Shown here in pieces: positions 19,924 through 30,804 of a stretch of DNA of 64,000 nucleotides (positions are counted from its first letter, which is position 1; every line of letters begins with the position of its first letter). The notes below the pieces were generated by a model. That model was not told where the DNA came from. It did no database searches and saw nothing but the letters and a program-made list of their open reading frames with translations. The stretch comes from Spirochaetia bacterium (lineage in GTDB: Bacteria; Spirochaetota; Spirochaetia; DSM-16054; Sediminispirochaetaceae). A program made the translations under genes and the position numbers. The stretch is from NCBI GenBank assembly GCA_034520965.1, contig JAXHMY010000003.1, positions 640,001 through 704,000 on the forward strand, read 5' to 3'.

Positions 19924-21549
19924 ATGTTGACCTCCGCCAAACATAAGTTCATCTTCATTCATGTACTCACAATGTTAGTACCGCTGTGTGTTATGGGACT
20001 GCTCATTACCATATTTGCGTGGGAAGAAATCGAACAGAGATTTCACCAAGAGCAGATATCCATCCTGAATTCAATAAAAAACCAAGTAGTCGACAGGCAC
20101 GCCGGAGCAATGGAAAATACACTTTTAGTCCTCTCTGAAGATGATGAGTTGTGGAGAATCCACGATGATCCGGAGGTGCAGGATCGGATTCTTAAAAACT
20201 GGAAACTGCTGCAGCAAATATTTCCTAAGCGGGCCTGGATTTATTATGGCGATACCCACAACCGCATTATTGTCTCGCCTCCCTGGGAACCACCGGAGGA
20301 CTACGACCTCAGAGAGCGCCCGTGGTACACCGCTGCTAAAGAGAGTGGCCAGTTAACCTGGGTACAACCCTATGCCGAATTTATCACTGAAGAAACAGTC
20401 TTTACCGCCGCCGTCCCCATCCATAATAAAAACGGTGATTTCACCGGAGTGCTGGCAATAGACACCTTTCTCCAGGATTTCTTCCAGGGTATGCGCACCG
20501 AGGCACTGAAAGAGACTTCTCAACTCCTCATAGTTACCCGCAACAACGAGTCTATTTCCCTCACCCCTGAACAAGAGGATGTGAATACTGCAGACAACCC
20601 CTTCGAATGGAGTAAATTCTTTCGGAATACCGACAGCAGCGGCTACATCAGCTTGAGCGGTACAACCTATTATGCGGCCTTCAAAGAACTCACCCCGCTT
20701 CAGTTTTATCTGGTAAGCCTTACCCCCCGCAGTGCCATTATGACCGATATGGAAACCCTTGGTTACATCATTATTATAGTTACCCTGCTCGGAATCCTCG
20801 TAACTGGCGCCGGCAGCATATATATCGCCCGATACGTGCTGTCCAACATAAAAAGCCTTAACTCCTATATGCATGACATCACCCGGGGAGACCTTACCAT
20901 ACGCACCTGTGTCTCCGGGCAGGATGAGTTTCTTACCCTGAACGCTTACATGAACAGCATGGTCCGAACACTATCCCGACAAATAGAAAGTCAGAAGCGT
21001 ACCAACCAGGAACTGGCCGAGAAAAACAAAAAACTCGACAGACTTGCCAATATGGACGGACTAACCCGCATCGCAAACCAGCGTTATTTTACCGAAACCA
21101 TGCAGCATGAGTGGGAGCGGTTGGGCCGGGAAAAGCAGCCCCTCTCCCTTCTATTTTTGGATATCGATTTCTTTAAACCCTACAACGACCATTATGGACA
21201 TCAAGCCGGCGACGAATGCCTGCGCATAATGGGAGGCATCCTGGAAAACGTCACCCGCCGTCCGGCGGATATCGCGGCTCGCTATGGAGGCGAGGAGTTT
21301 GTCATTTTGCTTCCCAACACCCCTCTCGAAGGAGCCCAGCAAATAGCCCTTGAAATACAAAATAACCTAGCCCAAGAAGAAATCCCCCATGAAAAATCGG
21401 AAATATCCCCCTACCTCACCTGCAGCATAGGTGTCGCAACCACAGTACCGAGCAATGACTCCTCGGCAGACAGTCTTGTAGAGGAAGCGGATAAGGCAAT
21501 GTACGAAGCCAAAAAAGAAGGCCGCAACCGCATTGTTGTAAGTTCTTAA
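19924..21549 (+). CDS. Membrane dCache-HAMP diguanylate cyclase
   Basis: Two TMs, YDLRERPWY Cache motif, HAMP, DIDFFK.YND.YGH..GD, I-site RPAD and RYGGEEF. Confidence 0.93.
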   Translation: MLTSAKHKFIFIHVLTMLVPLCVMGLLITIFAWEEIEQRFHQEQISILNSIKNQVVDRHAGAMENTLLVLSEDDELWRIHDDPEVQDRILKNWKLLQQIFPKRAWIYYGDTHNRIIVSPPWEPPEDYDLRERPWYTAAKESGQLTWVQPYAEFITEETVFTAAVPIHNKNGDFTGVLAIDTFLQDFFQGMRTEALKETSQLLIVTRNNESISLTPEQEDVNTADNPFEWSKFFRNTDSSGYISLSGTTYYAAFKELTPLQFYLVSLTPRSAIMTDMETLGYIIIIVTLLGILVTGAGSIYIARYVLSNIKSLNSYMHDITRGDLTIRTCVSGQDEFLTLNAYMNSMVRTLSRQIESQKRTNQELAEKNKKLDRLANMDGLTRIANQRYFTETMQHEWERLGREKQPLSLLFLDIDFFKPYNDHYGHQAGDECLRIMGGILENVTRRPADIAARYGGEEFVILLPNTPLEGAQQIALEIQNNLAQEEIPHEKSEISPYLTCSIGVATTVPSNDSSADSLVEEADKAMYEAKKEGRNRIVVSS

Positions 21550-22751
21550 AGGCTGTGAGGCACAGCTTCTACCGGTTTCCCGCCAAAAAATACCTGTTCA
21601 ACACCTTTTTCGATTCCCTGTAAATTTTCCAGCAGTGCCGCATCTATCACAATTAAATCGGCTACCTTGCCTACCTCTATGCTGCCAATCTCATCCTGCA
21701 GTCCGATCGCTTTCGCCGATGCCAGGCTTGCACAGTGAATTGCCTCCATGGGCGTATAGATTCCCTGTTCCACAAACAGAGATAGCTGCATGGCATTGAG
21801 GCCGTGATAATTATAATTGGTGCCCGCATCGGTACCGTAACATACATTTACTCCCGCCTTTATTGCCGCACGATGGGCCTTGTTCGCACTGGACTCCTGA
21901 TGGTCATGTTCTGAAAGCATGTGCGCGGGAATACCTTCCTGATGAGCTGCCATATGATACCCCACTACCGGAGTCGGGACCAGATAGGTACCCCTTTTCA
22001 GCATCAATTCAATTCCCTCTTCATCTAAAAAAGTCCCATGTTCAATGGTCCGCACACCCGCTTCCACAGCATTTTTTATACCTAACGCACCATGGGCATG
22101 GGCAGCTACATGAGTACCAAGCTTGTCCGCTTCCTCGACAACCGCACGCATCTCCTCCACATTCAGCTGCGGGGCTCCGGGCACTCCCCCCGGATTCATA
22201 ACTGCACCGGTGGCCATCAATTTTAAAAAATCAGCCCCCGCTTTTAGCTGTTCCCGGGCTGCTTTCCGTACCTCATCCACCCCGTCAACTTCATGGTACA
22301 GACCTAAAAAGTAGTCGTTCCCCTCGGCGGTCATACTGATAATCTGGCCGCTGGTTAAAATTCTCGGGCCTTGTATGAATCCCTCTTCAATCGCCTTTTT
22401 TACAGCAAAATCGATTCCATTCACACTTCCCACATTCCGAACGGTGGTAAAACCGCTTCTAAGGGTGTGCTCCATCTCTTGTGCCGTTCGCACGGAACGC
22501 AGCTTATCCTCCACTAGGTTCTCATCATAGGTATTGGCATACCCGTGAAGGTCCATATGAATATGGGTGTCGATAAGCCCCGGAAGAACCGCCTTTCCCT
22601 TTGTTTTAATTATTACGGTATCTGCGGGAACCTGAAGCTCTCCCGTCGCCGCAATTCCTTTAATCCCGTCTTCGTCAAACAGGATATCCATTCCGGAAAC
22701 CGGAGGCGCTCCGGTTCCATCCACTAGTGTTGTATTCTCAAATAAAAACAT
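21546..22751 (-). CDS. Metal-dependent amidohydrolase (Xaa-Pro dipeptidase-like)
   Basis: PGLIDTHIH, K.MATG, AAHAHG, IEHG, GTDAG, GKVADL. Confidence 0.9.
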   Translation of the reverse strand: MFLFENTTLVDGTGAPPVSGMDILFDEDGIKGIAATGELQVPADTVIIKTKGKAVLPGLIDTHIHMDLHGYANTYDENLVEDKLRSVRTAQEMEHTLRSGFTTVRNVGSVNGIDFAVKKAIEEGFIQGPRILTSGQIISMTAEGNDYFLGLYHEVDGVDEVRKAAREQLKAGADFLKLMATGAVMNPGGVPGAPQLNVEEMRAVVEEADKLGTHVAAHAHGALGIKNAVEAGVRTIEHGTFLDEEGIELMLKRGTYLVPTPVVGYHMAAHQEGIPAHMLSEHDHQESSANKAHRAAIKAGVNVCYGTDAGTNYNYHGLNAMQLSLFVEQGIYTPMEAIHCASLASAKAIGLQDEIGSIEVGKVADLIVIDAALLENLQGIEKGVEQVFFGGKPVEAVPHSL

Positions 22752-22822
22752 CTCAGTTCCTTTATAAATAGAACAGGCGGAGCTTGTCACTCCGCCCGTG
22801 TGAGTACTCTCTTACATTTTAC

Positions 22823-24391
22823 CTAATCGAAATCTACCTCATGGGCGCGGACGGTTCCGATCACATCCAGTTCAAATCCGGTTACACCTGCTGCAGATGC
22901 GGCGGTGTAATCATTGTGAGCTATCGGCAGTGCAGGAACCTGTTCGTGCTCAATCGCCTGCATTTCAAGATAGGCCTGTTCCTGCTCGACGCGATCGTAA
23001 GTCGAAATCGCCTTTTGCACAAGATCAACCATTTCCTGGGGTTTCCAGTTGGTATTGGCACCTTCCATCAGCATGGTTTTCATAAAGTTGCTCGGATAGG
23101 GCACATCGTACCATCCCGAAAAGGCCATCTGGTGCTTATAGTTGTTCATCAAATCAGAATGGGTTCCCCATTCATTACTTTCAATGTTTACATTTATACC
23201 AACCTTCGCCAAATCGTCTTTTATAACCTCCGCCGAATCCACCGGATTAGCTACATAAGGCCGGGCGTGGATAAAGGTATTCAAGGTAATATCCAGGCCG
23301 TCGGCATACCCGGCTTCTTTCAGAAGCTCCCGAGCTTTCTGCGGATCGTAGGGGTAATGCTCGATGTTGTCGGCATGTCCGAATACTGTCGGCGGGAGGC
23401 TTGTACTGGCAACGGTTCCCAGTCCTTCGTATACTCCTTTTACCAGCTTTTCAAGATCAATACCGTAGGCAATCGCCTGTCGTACCCGTACATCATCAAC
23501 CGGCGGCATGGTATTGTTAAACACCATGTGGAAAATATTTGCTCCGGGAACCTGGTGAAGTACCATTTTGTCATTGCCCTTCACACTCTCAATCTGGTTT
23601 GGAGCAAGCCCCTTGATGGCATGAACCTGGCCGGACTGCAGTTCTAAGAAACGGGTGGAAATATCGGGAACGACCTTCCAAATAACCTTGTCAACTGTCG
23701 GTTTTTCGCCCCAGTAGTTTTCGTTTCTTTTTAGAACAATGTATTCATCTTTCTTCCATTCTACAAACTCAAAAGGTCCGGTTCCGACGGGGTTCCGATA
23801 GAACTCTTCCCCCTTCTCTTTCACCGCTGCCATACTTACAGGGAACTGCGAATAGTAGCCCATGTAGGTCAGGAAGGGGGCAAACTTATTCTTCAGTTGA
23901 AACTCCACAGTATACGTGTCGACAACCTTTATATCCTCAATAACCTCCGACAGCAGATAGTCGAAATACGAATAATCGCCCAATCCGTAAAACTCATGGT
24001 CCTGATCGATCAGCCTCATAAAACTAAACCGAACTACCTCGGCATTAAAATCAGTTCCATCGTGAAACTTTACCCCTTCGCGAAGGTTAAAAGTCCAGAC
24101 AAGCCCATCATCCGAACGATTCCAGGAAGTAGCCAAAGCCGGTTCCACCTCTAACTGATCATTTTTGAAACGAACCAGTCCATCGTACAAATGAAACATA
24201 AGGTCTATCTCACCCTCCGACCAGGCGTAGCCTGCATCCAGAGTCTGGGCATCGGTACTACGTGCGACAATGAAAGTTTTCTCACTATCCTCCGCTTTTT
24301 CACTCTGTCCACCGGCAAAGACTGCTCCTATTGATAGGCTCAGCATTACTGTCGTCAGCACACATGCTCTAAGAAATTTTTTGTTCTGCAT
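22823..24391 (-). CDS. dppA: Dipeptide/oligopeptide ABC substrate-binding protein (family 5)
   Basis: PALA.SW, LREGVKFHDGT.FNA, PVGTGPF; AAGGAG RBS before ATG 24391. Confidence 0.9.
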   Translation of the reverse strand: MQNKKFLRACVLTTVMLSLSIGAVFAGGQSEKAEDSEKTFIVARSTDAQTLDAGYAWSEGEIDLMFHLYDGLVRFKNDQLEVEPALATSWNRSDDGLVWTFNLREGVKFHDGTDFNAEVVRFSFMRLIDQDHEFYGLGDYSYFDYLLSEVIEDIKVVDTYTVEFQLKNKFAPFLTYMGYYSQFPVSMAAVKEKGEEFYRNPVGTGPFEFVEWKKDEYIVLKRNENYWGEKPTVDKVIWKVVPDISTRFLELQSGQVHAIKGLAPNQIESVKGNDKMVLHQVPGANIFHMVFNNTMPPVDDVRVRQAIAYGIDLEKLVKGVYEGLGTVASTSLPPTVFGHADNIEHYPYDPQKARELLKEAGYADGLDITLNTFIHARPYVANPVDSAEVIKDDLAKVGINVNIESNEWGTHSDLMNNYKHQMAFSGWYDVPYPSNFMKTMLMEGANTNWKPQEMVDLVQKAISTYDRVEQEQAYLEMQAIEHEQVPALPIAHNDYTAASAAGVTGFELDVIGTVRAHEVDFD

Positions 24392-24413
24392 ACTTTGTTC
24401 TCCTTTAAAGTAT

Positions 24414-25382
24414 TTATTCATATAGATAACAGGCCACCTCGTGACCGGATTCAATCTTTACCATTTGCGGAATATCCTGTTTGCACTTTTCCATTACGTG
24501 GGGACAACGGGTGTGAAAGCGACATCCCGAGGGCGGATTTATTGGACTGGGAACCTCACCTTCAAGTGCACTCAGCTCCAGTCGTCGATCGGGATCGGGA
24601 AAAGGAATCGCCTTCAAGAGCATCTGGGTATACGGATGCGATGTTCGGGCAAACAGTTGATCAGTAGGAGCAATCTCGACGATTTTACCAAGATACATTA
24701 CCGCTATTCGGTCACATAGATGCTTTACCACACTTAGGTCGTGGCTGATAAACAGATAGGTTAAACCAAACTCTTCCTGTAACTCTTTAAGAAGGTTGAG
24801 CACCTGGGCCTGAATGGAAACGTCCAGGGCGGAAACCGGCTCATCAGCTACCACAAACCCCGGGTTCAAGGCCAAGGAACGGGCTATCCCGATTCTCTGC
24901 CGCTGCCCTCCGCTAAACTCGTGGGGGTAGCGGTCGTAGTATTCTTTGCGCAGCCCGACTCTGTCCATCAAAGCCACAACCTTTTCGCGACGCTCTTTCG
25001 CAGTTCCTATGTGATGCACATTGTAGGCCTCGGCTATTATAGAACCGACCTTCCAGGTCGGATTAAGGCTGGAATAGGGGTCCTGATAAATAACTTGGGC
25101 TTGTTTACGAAACTGAACCAGCTCCTTCTTTTTCATTGAGAAAATATCATCGCCCCGAAAAAATACATTTCCCCGGGTAGCCGGCTCCAGATTAAGAACA
25201 AGCTTACGGGTGGTGGATTTTCCACATCCCGATTCTCCTACCAAGCCCAGGGTCTCCCCTTCATCGACGGAAAAGGAAATTCCATCAACCGCCTTTACCT
25301 GATCGTATTTCGTAAGTGTGTTCTGACGCCGAATTGGATAATGTTTATAGAGGTCTTCTACCTTCAGCAAGGGCTCACTCAT
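24414..25382 (-). CDS. dppF: Peptide ABC ATPase
   Basis: GESGCGKST, YPHEFSGGQRQR, GCRFHTRC. Confidence 0.93.
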   Translation of the reverse strand: MSEPLLKVEDLYKHYPIRRQNTLTKYDQVKAVDGISFSVDEGETLGLVGESGCGKSTTRKLVLNLEPATRGNVFFRGDDIFSMKKKELVQFRKQAQVIYQDPYSSLNPTWKVGSIIAEAYNVHHIGTAKERREKVVALMDRVGLRKEYYDRYPHEFSGGQRQRIGIARSLALNPGFVVADEPVSALDVSIQAQVLNLLKELQEEFGLTYLFISHDLSVVKHLCDRIAVMYLGKIVEIAPTDQLFARTSHPYTQMLLKAIPFPDPDRRLELSALEGEVPSPINPPSGCRFHTRCPHVMEKCKQDIPQMVKIESGHEVACYLYE

Positions 25383-26355
25383 CCGTCACCACTCCTTCAT
25401 TTTCAAAGTTCCAGCAGCGAATCATTGATTCGCCTACCTGATACGCCGGCGGCTCCTTTATACGGCAGATTTCACGACACTCGGGACAGCGCGGATGAAA
25501 CCGGCAGGCAGCGGGCAGAGTAGTCAAATCGGGCATAGTACCCTCGATAATAGGCAGTTTGGCTTGTTTAATGTCTATATTCGGAATTGTCGCTAACAAG
25601 CCCCGCGTGTAAGGGTGTTTGGGACGCCGAAAAAGCTCATCCATTGAGGAAAACTCCACAATTTGCCCGGCATACATTACACCAACCTTATGGGCCACCT
25701 GCGCAACTACCCCCAGATCGTGGGTTATCAGCAGCACTCCGGTATCCAGACGCTCCTGTAAGTTCCTCATCAGCAGCAGTATTTGGGCCTGAATGGTTAC
25801 ATCCAGAGCGGTAGTAGGTTCGTCGGCAATTAAAATATCCGGGTTACATGCCAGGGCCATGGCGATCATTATTCGCTGCCGCATACCACCGCTCAGCTGG
25901 TGGGGATACTGCTTCATTATTCTGCGCGCATTCGGAATGCCAACTAAATCAAGGGAATCCACGGTCCTCTCAAGAATCTCCGCCCGGCTTCCGCCTTGAT
26001 GCAGTTCGATAGTCTCGGACAACTGGTCCTGAATAGTGAATACAGGATTCAAGGAGGTCATCGGTTCCTGAAAAATCATGGAAATTCGATCACCCCGAAT
26101 TTTCTGCAATTCATGTTCAGTGAATGCAAGCAGATTCTTATCCTGATAGTTGACACTTCCGGTGACACTTGCATATTTCGGCAGCAGGCCCATTACTGCG
26201 AGGGAGGTAACACTTTTGCCGGCCCCGGATTCACCGACCAGCCCCAGGGTTTCACCTCTTTCAAGGCTAAAATCTATACCGTCCACCGCAACTACCGCAC
26301 CGTGGTCGGTGTGAAACTCTATTTTTAAGTCGTTCACTTGCAGAAGCTTACTCAT
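25375..26355 (-). CDS. dppD: Peptide ABC ATPase
   Basis: GESGAGKS, YPHQLSGGMRQR, DEPTTALD. Confidence 0.93.
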   Translation of the reverse strand: MSKLLQVNDLKIEFHTDHGAVVAVDGIDFSLERGETLGLVGESGAGKSVTSLAVMGLLPKYASVTGSVNYQDKNLLAFTEHELQKIRGDRISMIFQEPMTSLNPVFTIQDQLSETIELHQGGSRAEILERTVDSLDLVGIPNARRIMKQYPHQLSGGMRQRIMIAMALACNPDILIADEPTTALDVTIQAQILLLMRNLQERLDTGVLLITHDLGVVAQVAHKVGVMYAGQIVEFSSMDELFRRPKHPYTRGLLATIPNIDIKQAKLPIIEGTMPDLTTLPAACRFHPRCPECREICRIKEPPAYQVGESMIRCWNFENEGVVTDE

Positions 26356-26365
26356 CTTAACGCCC

Positions 26366-27232
26366 TTATCGCTTTAATTTCGAATCGAAGGCCTCGCGCA
26401 AACCATCGCCGACCAGATTGAAGGAGAGCACCGCCAGTACAATCATAATTCCCGGAAACACGGTCACCCACCACTGTCCCATCAACAAGTACTCCTTGCC
26501 GGAACTCAACATCGCTCCCCATTCCGGGGTGGAAGGTTTTATACCGATTCCCAAAAACCCGAGTGAAGCGGTATACAGAATTGCATCCGCTAATAACAGG
26601 GTTAAATACACTAAGGCGGAGGGAAATATGTTCGGCAGAATATGACGCCCCATAATCCAGACATTACCTCCGGCTAAGGCCCGCGATGCTTCAATGAAAG
26701 AGTTGGTCTTTACCTTCAAAACCGAACCCCGCACCACCCGCGCCATCTGCGGTATATATACCAAGGAAATCGCAAACATCGCGTTCTGCAGCCCCGCACC
26801 TAAAGAGGCGGCGACGGCCAATGCCAGCAAAAGCGGTGGAAAAGACAGGAACACATCAATAACTCTCATTATAAGAATATCCACGACCCCGCCGTAATAG
26901 GCGGAAACTATACCCAGCAGGGTTCCGAAAAATGCGGTTACCGCAATTACCATATAGCCGACCCGCAGCGAAATCGCACCGCCGTGCAGTATCCGTGAAA
27001 GCAGATCGCGCCCTAAATTATCCGTCCCCAGGGGATGCTCCCAGTTGCCGGCCCAAAAACCGGGCTGCAATTTATTCTCCAAATTGGTTGAAACCGGATC
27101 ATACGGAGAGATCAGTGATGCAAAAAGAGACAGCACAACTAGCAGGAGGGCTACAAACAGAGCAACCATAGCCAAGCGGTTTTTTTTAAAAATTGTAAGC
27201 TTTTGTAAAAATTCACTTTGCATGTGGTCCAT
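26366..27232 (-). CDS. dppC: Peptide ABC permease
   Basis: HPLGTD.LGRD, EAS.ALG, PEWGAML, GDGLR. Confidence 0.93.
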   Translation of the reverse strand: MDHMQSEFLQKLTIFKKNRLAMVALFVALLLVVLSLFASLISPYDPVSTNLENKLQPGFWAGNWEHPLGTDNLGRDLLSRILHGGAISLRVGYMVIAVTAFFGTLLGIVSAYYGGVVDILIMRVIDVFLSFPPLLLALAVAASLGAGLQNAMFAISLVYIPQMARVVRGSVLKVKTNSFIEASRALAGGNVWIMGRHILPNIFPSALVYLTLLLADAILYTASLGFLGIGIKPSTPEWGAMLSSGKEYLLMGQWWVTVFPGIMIVLAVLSFNLVGDGLREAFDSKLKR

Positions 27233-27234
27233 CC

Positions 27235-28245
27235 TTATTCAAACCTAATGCGCGGGTCGAGTTTCGCATATATCAAATCAACAATAATATTTACCAAAAT
27301 AAAGGCTAACGCCAGAATAAATACAATTCCCTGTACCATCGGATAATCACGATTCGAAATCGACTGAATCAACAAACGCCCGGTTCCCGGCCAGGAAAAC
27401 ACCGTTTCCGTTAGTATAGCACCGGCCAGCAGCTTTCCCATTTGCAGGCCGATAACCGTAATAACCGGAATTAGCGCATTCTTCAGAGCGTGCTTGTAGA
27501 TAATTTTTCGATAGGGCAGCCCCTTCGCCCGCGCCGTTCTGACGTAATCCTCGCTCAGGACATCCAGCATGCTCGATCGGGTTACCCGCACAATCTGTGA
27601 AAGAGGAATGGTGGCTAAAGACAGGGCCGGCAACAGGAGATGTTTTAAACTGTCGAGGAAAAGACTCATATCGCCCTGCAGGAGGGTATCAACCAGGTAG
27701 AACCCGGTAACCTCCTGCACTCCCGCTCCCATAGAAATTCGCCCGGAAACCGGAAGCCAGCCTAAAACTGCGGAAAACAGGAACATCAACATAATTCCCA
27801 GCCAAAAAATAGGAATCGAAACACCGACCAAGGAAAATGTCACCAACAGATGGTCAAACTTGGAGTTATGGTGGTAGGCCGCACTTACGCCCACAATAAT
27901 TCCAAACACGGCCGCCACAATTGTAGCGGTCAAGGCCAATTCAATAGTTGCCGGCAAACGCGAGCGTATCGCTTCGGTCACCGGCAAGCGGCTCTGCACG
28001 GACATACCAAAATCCCCCTGCAGAGCGTGGACAAACCAATTCCAATACTGCTCGTACATTGGCTTATCCAATCCCAGCCTTTCGGTAAGTGCCTGCCTGG
28101 CCGCCTCGGTGGCCTTGTCGCCCAGCATAACCTCAATCGGATCCCCAGGTATAAAGTGGACTAAAAGAAAAACAAGAATAGTCACTCCTATTACTGTAGG
28201 AATCAAAAGGAATAGTCTTTTAAGTAAATACCGCAATAAACCCAT
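27235..28245 (-). CDS. dppB: Peptide ABC permease
   Basis: PGDP, GLDKP, DYVRTARAKG, RDYPMVQG, LDPRI. Confidence 0.93.
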   Translation of the reverse strand: MGLLRYLLKRLFLLIPTVIGVTILVFLLVHFIPGDPIEVMLGDKATEAARQALTERLGLDKPMYEQYWNWFVHALQGDFGMSVQSRLPVTEAIRSRLPATIELALTATIVAAVFGIIVGVSAAYHHNSKFDHLLVTFSLVGVSIPIFWLGIMLMFLFSAVLGWLPVSGRISMGAGVQEVTGFYLVDTLLQGDMSLFLDSLKHLLLPALSLATIPLSQIVRVTRSSMLDVLSEDYVRTARAKGLPYRKIIYKHALKNALIPVITVIGLQMGKLLAGAILTETVFSWPGTGRLLIQSISNRDYPMVQGIVFILALAFILVNIIVDLIYAKLDPRIRFE

Positions 28246-28645
28246 TTTTGCTTACTCGTCTCCCTTCGTCCTTTTCAATTGCGTAAAATAGTATGGCCTA
28301 TTCAGCTCAATTCCTCATGCACAATAAGTTCCACCCCTCTGCTCGCAAGGGCAGACAGACATATTAGAATATTTATATAGAACTGTAATATTTAGAACTG
28401 TATACTATATATAGTAGACGGTCCTTCAATAAAAGTCAATTAAAATGAAGAATTATATAACTTACAGCTTAAAAACCCTGTTCTAAACTTATTAAAAGGA
28501 GCTCCGCTATTATGCTTATCCCGTAGAACCACGAGGCCGCCCGGGCGGGCGCAGCTGCGACCGCCCCTGCCGCCGGGCCTGCGCCGGTAGCCGCCCCCAA
28601 TAAGCTTTGGGTCGGCGTGGTTCGACCAAACGATGCTACACAAGA

Positions 28646-30802
28646 TCACTTTTCAATCAGCTTCTCTATCCCCCTGATCAGTTCGAGGGAATAGTGGGAA
28701 ATATCCGGTATATCCTTCTCGGGTACGCGAAAGCCGATGGCACCGGGGTGCCCGCCGCCGTTTTCAATTGAGAAGGTGCTGAGTATGGTTCGCAGGTCTA
28801 TGTCTTTGTATACTTCACTGCGGCGAACCCTGAACTGTATCAGCCCCTCGCCTGCTTTATGATCGGGGTATGCCACAAGGCTCAACATTTTGCTCGATTC
28901 AGCCAACACATCGGCCAGATATCTTGCCACCGACACAATTGTGTCGTGGTCAAAACGGGACTCGATCACCCCCATAGTCTCTCTTCTAATAATTACCGAC
29001 GCCACTTTATTAGAGAAAAAGGCCTGCGACTCCATCATAGAGTTGAAACACTGCTCCTCCTCCCGCGTCAGCCGCTGAAGTTCGGTAAACACTTGGTCCA
29101 TGGAGGAAAAGTTTCTGGAATTTTGGCGGGTTTTACTGTTCAGCATTTCATTGAACATTCCGCTGAACAAATTGTAGAACCAACGCTCTCTCCTTGTTTT
29201 GAGGTATTTCCCCATTTTTGAATCACCAATAATACCAGTTAGCACCGACAGGACAAAGTTCCGGGAAAATATTTCCTGAATCGAAAATGCTTCTATAATT
29301 GAACATTCGTTGGAAAGCTTAAAGGCCAAAAGGCCGACCAACTCACTGGCCGATGAAGCCTCGTCGACAAGGCAGTAGCCGGGGTCCCCCGCGTAGCTGC
29401 TGTCGGCTCCGAGGTGGTGGTCTATCTCAATTTTAAGTAACTCCCTGCGGGCCAGTAGGCCCGCAGAGCCGGGAAAGGACTCCTGCATGGCCGGTTTGGG
29501 GGTATCCATTAGAAATACAGTGGAAATATCCCGCGGGAGCTCTTCGTCGTTGTAGATAATTCCTATTTCGTTATACCTTGAGATATGAAGAAGATACTGG
29601 TAGTTTTCGTTTACCCTTCTAGGAATCATCAGATACACGTTTTTTGCAAACTTACTGATCAAAAGTCCCATGGCGATCATCGAGGCAACACAGTCCTCAT
29701 CCGGATCCCGGTGTCCAAGCATAAGAAAATTGTCCTGTTCCGCAATCGCCTGAATTATGCGCGATATAATCCGGTTTTTCTCCTTAAGACTGTATATGCC
29801 TGTCTTGCGCCGTCCATCTTGACCATTTTCATTCCATGCAACCGCCCGGCTTCGGCCCTCCTCTTTTGCTCGATATAGGGCTTTGTCGGCCTGCTTCATC
29901 AGCACAGCAAAGGAATCTCCATGTTCGGGAAAAGCGGCTATACCTATACTTGCAGCAACATGCTTCACCGAAGCACCCGGTTGTACCGGCAACTTAATCT
30001 TTCCCAGCTCTTGGATAAGACCCTTGCAGTACTCCAGGGCCTGCTCCGGAGAGGTATCTTTCAGCAGAAAGGTAAACTCATCCCCGCCGTAGCGGACGGA
30101 GACAGTATCGGAGCTGAAAGTTTTTCTAAAGGCCTCCACAGCAGCCCGTAAAACCTGGTCCCCTACAACCTGGCCGTATTCATCATTGATGCTCCCAAAA
30201 TGATCAAGATCGAGCATCATAAGGCAGAGGGGAGCGCCTATGCGCTGGGCCTCGATCAAACGCTCTTCCGCTGCCTGATCGAGGAACCTCCGGTTGTACA
30301 GTCCGGTAAAATCATCGGTGATTGCCCGGGCCCGCGCCTTCTCGCCCCAGGTTACCATATCCGATAAAAAAGCGCCGGTTGCCGTTAACCTCTGGGCGGT
30401 AGTTTTGAGCATCCCCCGCATTATACTGATACCCGCTTCAGGTTTAGATTTTATGAACTCATAAAAAACACCCGCCCTCAGACTCAAGACGGTGGTATCG
30501 CTTTTCGGAGTACAGGTGGCCGATCTTTCGGCACTGTCAAAGATAGACATCTCCCCAAAAAAACTGCCCTCCGAAAATTTCCGCCAGTTCCAACACACCC
30601 CCGTCCTGGGTGCCCACCGAAATAGAAACACAGCCTGAAAGGACGATGTACATAATCTCCCCGGTATCCCCTTCTGTAAAAAGGGTCTCTCCCTCCTGAT
30701 ACTCTTCGGTCTTCATTAATGAATAAAGCCGGTTTAGATCATCCAAGGAAAGAGAAGAAAAATATCTATCGATCTCAGCACTTCCACCGGTGTTTTGGCC
30801 AT
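28646..30802 (-). CDS. cNMP-binding / GGDEF / DHH-DHHA1 phosphoesterase fusion (apparent frameshifts near 30760 and 30575)
   Basis: Joined frames give LFTEGDTGE.MYIV.SG...FFGEMS...RSAT; DLDHF..IND.YG..GD and RYGGDEF; GHRDPDED, IDHH, GIIGDS, GGGHPGA. Confidence 0.85.
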
Positions 30803-30804
30803 AC

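Noticed and set aside
22784..23647. Long antisense ORFs (also 41062-41817, 15049-15687, 2933-3544)
   Set aside because: Shadow frames of well-supported genes on the opposite strand, with no motifs or RBS.
28520..28630. tRNA, SRP or other known ncRNA in GC-rich intergenic DNA
   Set aside because: No cloverleaf or SRP helix-8 motif could be built; kept only as a possible dispersed repeat.
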